Shown here in pieces: positions 1-11,416 of a stretch of 64,000 nucleotides of DNA. The stretch comes from Macrostomum lignano (lineage: Eukaryota). The stretch is taken from the NCBI GenBank assembly GCA_002269645.1, contig NIVC01000888.1:1-64000 (forward strand). Direction: 5' to 3'. The first letter of the stretch is position 1. Each line of letters starts with the position of its first letter. Made by a program: the position numbers and the translations under genes. The notes under the pieces are model-generated. The model was not told the DNA's origin, did no database searches, and saw only the letters and a list, made by a program, of their open reading frames with translations.

Positions 1-1418
1 CGTATAAATTAAGCCGTTTCTCTACATGGTACACGGGCCTGCCGTTCCTACATGTCATGTAGATTAGCGCCCAACTTTGCATCATGTTTTAAAGACCAAT
101 TCGAACAACCTGGCGAAAATTATATCATTCTAAAGTGCAACTGATCTGGTGTTTTGAGCATTTAAAGTTTAGCTGCATGCAGGGCGACTGTCTCTGAATA
201 CATACATGTACATGTACAGTAATCACCGCTGATCCAATTCAAGGCGCATTTTTATCCCCGCGAGAGGCCGCGGTGTATATCAAGAGATTTCTGACTGGAC
301 CACAGCCGTTTTGTTATACTCAATGTTGAATTTCTGATTGGTCGATCCTGGGATGACTAGCTGGACTCTGATTGGCTGAGCTCCAGAAAGTGCATAGGTT
401 TAAAAAACGCGAAATTTCATAACCGCTGAAAGAAAGCACTTGCTTCATCACAAACGCGAAACTTCATAATCGCTAAATTTTTCGAACTCGCTTTCATTTC
501 TCGCAGCTAGTCTTTTTAGCGGTTTTGAAGGCCTCCCAAAACCTCAAAAATTCTCTCTCCGTCGGGACCTGAAATTTTCAGGAAACTTAACAGGGACAGG
601 GAAAAATCTAAGCAATATAATGCCTCCGCCAGTCATGCGTCAAAAGCAACAGGAGCTATAGAGGATCATGCTGTACATCGTGAAGCTGTCAAAAATTGAG
701 ATAAAGCACTCTGCAAAAGCAAGTGAAAAGTAGCCAGGCTATCGTAATCAAAATCGGCCAGCCCAGCAGTAGGCAAAATGCATGTACATGTATAAATCCC
801 AAAAAATTCTGAATGTTGGTCTGAAAAATGAAAAACACGAAACTTTCCTACAAGAGTAAGATAAAGGAGATATGCCCGGATAACAAAACTACAGTTAGAC
901 GTCTCCAAATAGGTATTTTTGTTGCAGCGTACGCAGGGTTTTTAGGGGGTGCATGAGAGGTGACGGAGGTCTGTGGCGCGGGGGCCACCAGGCCGAGTAC
1001 GGATTTCTGTTACATGTTTTCATCAGCGACTGACCTCCAAAAACGTCATTGTCGCAATTGGGCATTCCGGTGTGCATGTACTCTCAGCATGAATTGAAGC
1101 AGCGAGTCTTTCAATTTACCCCTCCCCCCAATGGAAAATCGTGGGTACTTTTAGAACGTACGCAGGAAGAACGTCCCTAAGACGCATCCGATTCATTTAT
1201 GATCGTTCAGGCAATTGTTTTAATAAATATAGTATTCTAGTTATTCTAATATTACATTTATTATTTATGATTGACATTGTGTGAACTGCTAGATCGATAA
1301 TGTAAAACAGATATGACTTAAACGGCCCGACAGTAACGTCTGCTGATAGTGGCGTGGCGTCGTATCATCATCATCACTAAACACCTAAACCTATCACTAT
1401 CAGTCAAGTTAGTTAAAC

Positions 1419-1434
1419 GGCCCTTTTCAGGGCA
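1419..1434 (+). promoter_or_regulatory. Orphan near-perfect histone stem-loop
   Basis: AAAC-GGCCCTTTTCAGGGCA (last base pair broken); no histone ORF in 1-1418. Confidence 0.55.
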
Positions 1435-1950
1435 AAATTGTCTGTCAGTCATATCACAAACTACCAGACCCCAGACCCATTTTATCACCAGTAAAAATTT
1501 ATGAAAGCGTGATCAGTGCTTATTAATAGAAATTTTGTGAGGTGTGAAATTGAGTTAACTTGATGAATGGTGGCATTGCAATGTGAAAGAGCCTTATAGT
1601 TTTAGGCTTTTAGCGTGTACTGTCAAAATGAAACTGCACTGCTAGTTGTGAACCAGGGCCGGGGAACGGCCCCTTGCGTTGCATGAATTCTAGTAGATCT
1701 TTTAAAGATCGTAAGCCCTACGGAATTAAATACGAAATTATACCAACTGCTTGGGTCTTTGGCTACCTGACAGGAGTTAACTTACTAATAATTATTCTTA
1801 TTTTCGTATTGAGCATTGCTATCTTTTGCCGTACTATGCTAAATTTCAGGACATGCTATGCTAACCTAGCCTTTAAATTAGATTTTGATAAAGTTAAAAT
1901 ACTCGACTCTAAGAGTCTAATGAGACTGTCAGACATCATGCGAGCTTGGT

Positions 1951-1966
1951 GGCCCTGAAAAGGGCC
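1951..1966 (-). promoter_or_regulatory. Histone 3' stem-loop of H2A
   Basis: Minus strand AAAAC-GGCCCTTTTCAGGGCC-ACCA, about 95 nt after the H2A stop; matches the SLBP-binding consensus. Confidence 0.93.
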
Positions 1967-2061
1967 GTTTTAGCGTTCGTGATTTATTGCGTCATTTGAT
2001 AAGGTTAGACGCCACTAAATGCAGTCTGGTCACTGTAGTTCCGGTGCAGAGCCACACTTAA

Positions 2062-2439
2062 TTAGGCCTTGCCGGGCACCTTTGTCTTCTTAGGCAGCAG
2101 CACGGCCTGGATGTTGGGCAGAACGCCGCCCTGAGCGATGGTGACGCCGCTCAGCAGCTTGTTCAGCTCCTCGTCGTTGCGGATGGCCAGCTGAAGATGA
2201 CGTGGGATGATCCTAGTCTTCTTGTTGTCACGAGCAGCGTTGCCAGCCAGCTCGAGCACCTCGGCAGCCAGGTACTCCAGCACAGCGGCCAGGTACACCG
2301 GAGCGCCGGCACCAACGCGCTCAGCGTAGTTGCCCTTACGCAGCAGACGGTGAATACGGCCGACCGGAATTGCAGTCCCGCGAGACGAGCGAGTCTTTGC
2401 CTTGCTCCTGGCCTTGCCACCCTTGCCACGTCCAGACAT
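2062..2439 (-). CDS. H2A: Histone H2A, replication-dependent type. Short local frame anomaly near codons 21-24.
   Basis: [12 protein letters not shown]...[55 protein letters not shown] is near-canonical H2A. Reads [10 protein letters not shown] where SRAGLQFPVGR is expected. Confidence 0.97.
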   Translation of the reverse strand: MSGRGKGGKARSKAKTRSSRGTAIPVGRIHRLLRKGNYAERVGAGAPVYLAAVLEYLAAEVLELAGNAARDNKKTRIIPRHLQLAIRNDEELNKLLSGVTIAQGGVLPNIQAVLLPKKTKVPGKA

Positions 2440-2520
2440 GTTGAATTCTTCTGAATTGAATTTAAAGACTAGAGATGAAGTGAAATCGTTGATTTAAGAA
2501 CTAAGGCGACCGGCCTAACA

Positions 2521-2590
2521 TTTATATACGAATCCAACACAGAAATTTTCTTAGCAACGGCCTAGGCAACGACCAGCTCTCTTATTGGCT
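2521..2590 (-). promoter_or_regulatory. H2A promoter TATA and CCAAT boxes
   Basis: Minus strand TATATAAA at about 2521-2528 and CCAAT at about 2584-2588, upstream of the ATG. Confidence 0.6.
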
Positions 2591-4360
2591 GAAAGAGAAT
2601 CATCTGATTAAATACAATTTAATGTTCGTCTCTTTCTACTTACAGTAAGCTTACATGCAAGTTGTTAAACTTAATTTAAATGCACGTTTATTTCTGCAAT
2701 CCAACTTAAATATAAATCTATTCAACTATTCTGCCTTGAATGCTCTCTGTTTTACATGTACTGCGTTTAACTTCCATTAGTAAAAAAACAGAATTTGATG
2801 GGCAAGTTCACTCCATCACAAGTCGGAAGTTACTAATAAAGCTAATTAATGACCCAATTAATCTGGGGATTTAGTAGTTAACTTGGTTAAGTTGTCTTGT
2901 CGAATGTCGCCAGATTCATTCAATAAAATTGAATAAACAAATGCTATTTTTATTTGAATTAAACAAAACACTCTAATTAATAACCTTTAATAAGTTATTG
3001 CAGGTACATGCTAAAGCATACATGCATACACATGTATTCAGGGTAGTCGTAATGTACGCGTACTGCGAGTTTAATACGACGAGTACTCAGTCCTGGGGAA
3101 GAATCACTTCCATTTGAATGTGCACAGGGGCGTAGCCCAGGGGGACACTGGGGACATGACCCGATGCATTCTATACATCGGCAATTGTCAAAACAGAATC
3201 ATTCTGTAGCAGGCGAGTGGTTGCTGCCTGCCGAATGAATGTGTAGTGTAATAGACTGAACAGGCAACTTACCGTGGCTTTTGAGTTTAGACTAAGTAGT
3301 AGATTTCTCTTTAACTACCAGTTTAAGATTGTAAACAATAAGTTGAACAGCATTTTATTTCCAAGGCCTATTACGGTAATAAATGTACTTTGTAAATTTT
3401 GGGATTGAACTTTTGAGTTGCAAAACTTAAACTCAAAAATATGCTTTTCACGAAGATTGGTTCCAGTCCCAGAACCAGAATAATTCCGATTCCAGAAACC
3501 AGAATCGCGGTAGGAAAATGAAAAGCTTCGACGAGTTCGAACCCATTTTGTTTGTCAGTCTTTATAATTTGTCTTTCCTTGTCTTTGTTCCCTCTTGCCA
3601 GTCTTGGATATGAAAAAAAAAACAGATTAATAATATAAAAGTAATAAAAATTGACGATTTTAAATATATTTTACTGTAAACATCTGTAAACATGACAACA
3701 GATCGAGAAATTTTCTCGATCTAATCTCAACCAGAACTAGAACACGGTTCTGGAACCGATTCTGAAAACGGAACAGACAATGTGAAAAGCTTCGAACGAT
3801 TTAGTACAGTACGGTTTGTTTAAATATTTAGTTTAATGTATACTATTGTAAGAGTCAGTGACTTATTATCTTATTATTGTACGCATTGCAAAATGTATTT
3901 AGTCCTGCCCTTGCTTGTTTTAACTACTGTTAGACCTCAGAGAGTTGACTTTAGACTAATTTTCAATATTATGGATTTAGAAAATTTGGATATATTAGTC
4001 ATGCTGAAACTACCTTAAAAGATGCTGACCTAACATAGCAAGCTGCAGAATATACAAGCACTTTACTATACAATACAAGCGAATGAAAATCATCCACACA
4101 ACCTATTTACAATATTGTTGGCAGTAACTAAGTTAGCCTAAAAATAAAATTGTGCTTGAAAGGTGTAGTTTGAAATCGTATATTTATATACACAAATGCA
4201 AGAGTAGAGCTACGTGCTTGTAATTGGCATAATGCTTTTGTTCTGCTTGACCGGCTTCAGTATCAGTGTAAATGAAGGGTCATAGTACGATTCGTACTAA
4301 TAATTCCTCTCATTTTAACCAGACCACACCCCAGACGAGTAAGATTTCATTAAATGTGGT

Positions 4361-4376
4361 GGCCCTGAAAAGGGCC
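4361..4376 (-). promoter_or_regulatory. Histone 3' stem-loop of H3
   Basis: Minus strand AAAAC-GGCCCTTTTCAGGGCC-ACCA, about 83 nt after the H3 stop. Confidence 0.93.
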
Positions 4377-4458
4377 GTTTTAACGTTCAGGTTTCTATCG
4401 ACAGCTTAACTCAGCAGTATTACTGCTGATCTAGTCACTTAGCTGCTAACGCGGCAAC

Positions 4459-5043
<585 letters not shown>

Positions 5044-5484
5044 TTATTTTTCTTCAGCTGTATTTATACTACTACTTTAAGTAGAATGACCAGAACTTAT
5101 GCTGAAAAAGTCCAGTGGAGGGTAAGTTGTTGAACACTCGACTCGGTAATCGGTATAAGTTCGGAAAGGAAAATTGTGAATTGGTCTTCCACTTTAAGTT
5201 CAAACTCAGGTCAAGAGAGTTGAGAAGCCGGTCGATAAGCCTAATTGTCAGAAATTGTATCATATATATTTTATATTCGCCACAATTCAATGACGACAAA
5301 AATATATCTACGAGCTACATGTCTTCCTACTACAACATACATGTAATTCCATATTATGCCATAAAATTACACAAAAGCGGTGTACAGTGTACTTATTTTA
5401 ACTAGACCATATCCCAACTAACGAGAGTGATTGCAAGGTCCATGCAGCGATGAGTATTGAGTATAAGCCTTTATTAAATTTAGT

Positions 5485-5500
5485 GGCCCTGAAAAGGGCC
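5485..5500 (-). promoter_or_regulatory. Orphan perfect histone stem-loop
   Basis: Same 16-mer and AAAAC 5' flank as the H2A and H3 stem-loops; no histone ORF upstream. Confidence 0.7.
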
Positions 5501-5823
5501 GTTTTGACCTGTACAGTAGTATACATTCTGTGGTGGTATATTTTGTCGTGTAAATATGTGGGGTTAAACATTCATGTACATCTCGATGCAGCAAGCTTTA
5601 TTCTGTTGCTATGTAAAAATACATTTCATTTTTTTCACCGAAATACATTTATATGGATCAAGAATAGAGGGCACATACATGTACAACATGTACTAGTGTG
5701 TCTCTCACAAAACTTCCACCTGTATATTAGTTATTATGCTACCATCAGAGCAATATATTATGCATGTAAATGTATGTGCGCAAATTGTACAATGTAATGT
5801 GTAACGATGGTACATTACACACG

Positions 5824-6420
5824 GGGGGGGCGTCGTCCCCATGGATTTTTTGGTGGGGAGACAAAGCCAAGAATTTCATGTATACATGACTAAATTGCTA
5901 CACATATGATTTGAGAATCTACATATTGAGAGTCGGTGTTGTCTTCGCACTTATTTTTTTAACGCCGAATGGAAGGCACTATCATTTTAGCGCCACAGGT
6001 GCTAAATTTTAGCACGGTCCGGAAACAAAATTATTGATTTCCACAACGGGCCACAAGGTGGGCCGCCATGGATTTTATGCTGGGGGGGGGGGCAGCAGAG
6101 CCAAGAATTTTACATGTACATGACTAAATTTCAATGTACATGTTTTGAAAAGCTACATACATGTATACAGTACATGTATTTTGAGAATCGGCCGGTGTTG
6201 TTGAGCTCATTTTAACGTCGCAGAACACGCATTTAGCGCCGAAGGCACTTCATATTTCAGCGCCACAGTTCCTTTTTAGCGTCCTGAAACAAAATTGATT
6301 TCCAAAACGCGCCACAATTAAGGTGGGGTGAAGGGGGGACAAGCATAATTGTCATGTCCCCCCCATTCTTTACTAGAGGGACCAGCCCCTGTCCCCCCCC
6401 CCCGCGACGACGCGACAGAC
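5824..6420. mobile_element. Two tandem, diverged copies of a MITE-like repeat, same family as 42213-42512
   Basis: Shared blocks CCATGGATTTT, ATGACTAAATT, TTGAGAGTCG, TTATTGATT and GGGGAC...CCTGTCCCCC in the same order as the 42.2 kb copy. Confidence 0.6.
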
Positions 6421-6998
6421 AGCAGTATATGTACATGTACATGTACTTTAGTTCAGTACGTACATGTACACACGCGCGTATGCACATGTACTGCATGTTT
6501 GGCGTGGGAGAGTTGCCAACCTGGAAGTTGCCAGCTGAAGTTGCCAGTCGGAAAGTTGCCAGGGCCGGGAAAGTTTGCCTGCTGAAAGTCGTTTGATGTC
6601 AACCGGAAAGTTGCAAGTGGGGGGGGGGGCTATTGATGGGAGGGCACATTGCAAATAATTTCTTTAAATCTAAAGGCACCCAAACTCCTGCTGTTGTATC
6701 AGTTTGTGAAATTGTGACAACCAGGCCGATATTCAATTTTGAGTTGGAAGTGGCCAAAAGTCTGAAAATGTTTGAATTTTTAACTGATTCAAACATCGCG
6801 CAACTAATTGCGAAAATTGCATTATCAATTTATATAGTAAAATCCTTCAGTTCCTCTTGGCACTGTCTCTTTATTCTTTTAGCTGACGGCATTTTAGCAA
6901 TTTTGGTTGCAGCGCCAGCAGCGGTTGAGGTCTTGGGATTGCGGCGCACTCGGAATTTCGATCAGAGACGCCAAAAGTGAAAGGGCTGAATACTAAAA

Positions 6999-8334
6999 CA
7001 GGGGTTGGCAAACTCCGGCCTGAGGGCCAAATGTGGCCCGCAAAGCCTCTCTATCCGGCCCTCAGATCCTTTAAATCTTCACAATAGCAATCCGGCCCGC
7101 TCGATGTTTGTCTCTTCTCAGCTCTCTTCTCATATTCTCTCCTGTTCTCTCCTCTCCTCTCTCTTCTCCTCTCATCTCCTCACCTATCTCCTCTCCTCTC
7201 TCCTTTCCTCTCCTCACCTCTCTCCTCTCCTCTCTCCTTTCCTCTCCTCTCCTCTTCTCTCCTCTCTTCCCTCCTCTCATCAACTCTCTCATCTCCTCTC
7301 CTCTCTACTCTCCTCACCTCTCTCATCTCCTCTCCTCTCTCCTCTCCTCTCAATTCTCTCCTCTCCTCTCTCCTCTCATCTTTTCTTTCCTCTCCTCTTC
7401 CTCTCCTCTCCTCCCCTCTCCTTTCCTCGCTTTCTTTCCTTTCATCTCCTCACCTCTCTCCTCTCCCTTTTCTCTCCATTCTCTTCTCCCTTCCCTCTTC
7501 TCTCCCCTCTCTCCTATTTCGTCTCTCCTCTCCTCGTCCATCTCCCCTCTCCAATTTTATCTCTCTTCTCGTCTACTCTCTTCTCCTTTATTCCTTCACC
7601 TCTCCTCTCTCCTCTTCTCTCCTCTCCTCTCCTCTCTTCTCTCCTCTCTTCTCTCCTCTCTTCTCTCCTCTCTTCTCTCCTCTCTTCTCTCCTCTCTTCT
7701 CTCCTCTCCTCTCTCCTCTCATCTTGTCTTTCCTTTCCTTCTCCTTCTCCTCTCCTATTCTCTCCTCTCCTCCCCTCCCCTCTCCTCTCTTTCCTCTCAT
7801 CTCCTCACCTCTCTCCTCTCATCTCTCCTCTACTTTTTCTCTCCATTCTCTTCTCCCTTCCCTCTTCTCTCCTCTCTCTCCTATTTCGTCTCTCCTCTCC
7901 TCATCCATCTCCCCTCTCCAATTTTATCTCTCTTCTCGTCTACTCTCTTCTCCTTTATCCCTTCACCTCTCCTCTCCTCTCCTCTCCTCTCCTCTCCTCT
8001 CCTCTCCTCTCCTCTTTTCTCCTCTCCTCTTTTCTCTCCTCTCCTCCCCTCTCCTCTCTCCTCTCCTCTCCTCTCCTCTCCTCTTTTCTCTCCTCTCCTC
8101 TCTCCTCTTATCTTGTCTTTCCTTTCCTTCTCCTCTCCTTGCCTCTCCTTTCTCCTACGCTCATATAATTCTCTACTCTATTCCCTATCCTCTCTCCCTT
8201 CTCTTGCCTGCAGTCAGGGACTCATGGGCGCATTTTGCTTACGGGGGCCCAGCGAAGCAAACCCAGAAGGGCAGTCATTGCGCCACGCTAGGTTCTCAAT
8301 CTGGCCCTTTAGGTGAAAAGTTTGCTGACCAATG
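6999..8334. mobile_element. Non-autonomous hAT (Charlie-like) element filled with a CT-rich satellite
   Basis: Left end CAGGGGTTGGCAAACT..CGGCC; right end AAGTTTGCTGACCAATG (imperfect TIR); 8-bp flanks TACTAAAA / CACTAAAA match 7/8, consistent with a hAT-type TSD. Confidence 0.65.
7095..8205. repeat. CT-rich low-complexity satellite with an internal ~150-bp direct duplication
   Basis: (CTCTC/TCTCC)n; the block near 7470-7620 recurs near 7835-7980. Confidence 0.9.
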
Positions 8335-10536
8335 CACTAAAAGCACCAAGGCTTATGCACAGTAGATAAAAACTGTAGTGGAATGGAGATTGAGAACAAC
8401 ATGAACTACGGGTATTATATCAGCTGATACCCCACTAGCTTCCAAGACTCAGAAGAGCCAGAGCCCAAAACCAGTCGACACTTGTTTAAAATTCAAAAAG
8501 GGCACTTGCTGGATCATGGCAAAAAGTGGGAGGGGGCTTCAGCCCCCCCCCCCGATTCCGACACCCCTGTCCAGCATACATGTACATGTGTACATGTATC
8601 TGATTATGTCCGCTATTAGCAAATTAGGTACACTTTATTGAAATTAAATTGGGCTGCTAAAACTTGCTTCTGCCCCAGAAAAAAACATGTTGTTAGCTCG
8701 GGTAGCCTCATACATCAGTCATGAGAAGGAGTCGTACATGTCACTAGCCTGTCAGGGGCAACGAGTTTGTAGGGTACGCAGCTGTAAATACAGATTTTTT
8801 TAAATTGTTTTTTAAATGAGTTTTACAGAACATATTCGTGGGTTGTTACTTAATAGTAGAATTTCTGGGCAGATATAGGTGTAAATAATCAATCCAATTA
8901 TTGTAAACCAATTTTTTTAAATGATGTAGTCAGCTTAACAAAAAATAAACGTCGTTTTTGGAGATTTAACCAAAAATTAAAAGGCTGTTTATTAGGATAT
9001 AAAAATAAAAAACTAAATCTAATTAAAAAGAATGATTTTTACACATTAACTGGCTTTTTCCTTAATAACACGATTGAAGAGAGAAATTGCCTTTGAACGA
9101 AATTTTAATTTTTGGCTGTGTGTGTAGCGCAAGGATGTCGACGACGTCACCTGGCAATTCTGCCTGTGTTTGCCTGAAGGATACAAAAATTAAGCCATAA
9201 AGAGTTAAAAACTCAAAATAACAGTTGTATTCCATAGACTACACAGTATACACATGGGATAGAATTAGTTAATGCGTAGGCCTAATAGTAATAGTTTCAT
9301 CTGATAAGGTTTGTGGGAGATTAGGCGTAAGGCGTATGTATAACTGTAGGTCTAGGCCTATGCTACAATAGATTGAAATAATAGTTAATTGAATGATGTC
9401 TTATTGTATTTATAGACCAAGGGCCTGATGCTAATGACATGTTAAATATAGGCCCTATCTCTAATGGAAGCAATGGAAGCAAAATACAAAGGCAGTAAAA
9501 AATTCCCCTTCCAGGGGAACATGCCCTTAGGCCTTTATCCCCCCTTTTGGCTATGCCCTTGATTATGTTATGTATAGGCCTATATATAGTATTGTAGTAT
9601 ATTTGTAGTATAATTGTATTATGTATATATGTTGATAGCTGCATCTGTATCTATGCCAAAATTTCTTCTGTTAACTTTTTTATATAAATGAAACAGATTA
9701 AGCAGGTTAGCCCCCTTAATTAATTTCAAAGTGCAACATAGGCCTTACTATGTTGTGTTGTTTCCAAATAAAATATATAACATAGCCATAGGCCTATGTT
9801 TGAATTTTTTAAATGATTTTAATTCAAATTAAAACTTGAATTTCAACATTGAATTACAATAAAGTATAAATGTTTTTTTAAACAGAATAATAAACAATGA
9901 TAAACAATTTATGAATAAATCTAAATAACTAAATATGATTTTAACCTTTTATAATCACAAATTAATACTTTTTTCAAGCTCAATTCTCTATATACATTTG
10001 GTATCAAAGTAAATATAATTAAAAACAAGGTTACTTCATCAATTGCAAATACTACTACCCTTGCCAAAATTCAAATAGTCACTTTGTCAATTGCAAATAC
10101 TGCTACCCTTACCAAATAGTCAACCATTTGACAAAATGCTAATTGACAAAGTGATTAGCATCTAAAAAGGGTTAGAGATGAATAAATATTGCCAATTTCA
10201 AAAAATAAAAGGAACTTTTAAGTCCTTGGAATTTAGAACTTAAGCCAAGGCAAGCAATATAAAGAAAAGGGAGCAAAGATTAATAAATGATAAGGGAACA
10301 TCATATATTTTGTGCATTAAGCCTTTGGGGGTTTCATGACTAGCTTTCAAATTTAAGGTTTCAAAGCATATAAAGATGATGCTATTTAGTTTAGTTATTA
10401 GTTTAATACTACCCCTTAGTCCCTTAGTCTTATTAGTTTAACACTACCATATTATACTAAAAAAGTGCAATTGTAATGAATATGAGGATTTGTAATGAAT
10501 ATGAGGAATTCTAAGTATACTAACATATTTTAAAGT

Positions 10537-10713
10537 CAGGCGTGGATCCAGAAAATTTTTGAGAAGGGGGCAAAGCTATACCAAGCATTACAACCCTATA
10601 TTGGAAAATAGACCTGGCATAGTAGCAGGTCAAAAAAGTATGATCAAAATTTCTTTGGCCATAGTTAAGGGGGGGCCATGGCCCCCTTGGCCTCCTCTCT
10701 GGATCCGCCCTTG
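10537..10713. mobile_element. MITE with hAT-type 8-bp TSD
   Basis: Termini CAGGCGTGGATCCAG...CTGGATCCGCCCTTG are imperfect TIRs; flanks TTTAAAGT / TTCAAAGT match 7/8. Confidence 0.6.
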
Positions 10714-11416
10714 TTCAAAGTGTACCAGATAGGTATCTATATAAATATCTTTTTTCTATCATAATAAAGAATTAATAGAGAATAGAGAATAAACATTAAT
10801 AAAGAACGTTTTTGGCCAAAAATGTGACTTACATGTAAAAAACCCTAAAGCAGAATTAAGCAGCTTTGGGTGAATGGCAGGAGTAACTGTGACTATCTTA
10901 TTAAGACAAAATGCCTTGTTATCTACTTAGTATTACTTGGGTATTTATTCGGGTGGGCATTTTTGCAACTTACCTTGGTTGGCCGCCAAAGTGGTCAGCC
11001 AGATTGGCTGACTTGGCCAATTATTGCACATAATTATTGCACATAATTATTGCACATTATTGACTTATATGTGCACTATGTGCTATCTATATGCTATAGG
11101 CTATCTCTATGTCCTAACCTATAAAAACTATATAAAAATATAAAAGTATAATATTGGGCTAGGCCACACTTGTATTGATCTTTTTTGGATTGTTTTTGTA
11201 TATTAGAAAAAATGCAAGGATGTAACAAAAATTTATGTCAAATTTAAATATCCAAATTTGTAAAATTGTGTAAAAAAATTGTAATTGATTGTATTTTTAT
11301 GATTTGACCCCTATTGTAATATGCAAGATTTTTGTATATAGTATCAAACACACTAACCTTTATGCGATTTTTAATATTACATTCAAATCAAGCATATATA
11401 CTACTAAAAACTTTGC

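Noticed and set aside
3525-3545. GTTCGAACCC T-loop-like motif
   Set aside because: No A-box or cloverleaf could be built around it.
7005-8365. Ser/Leu/Pro-rich ORFs of 200-400 aa
   Set aside because: Translations of CT-rich low-complexity DNA.
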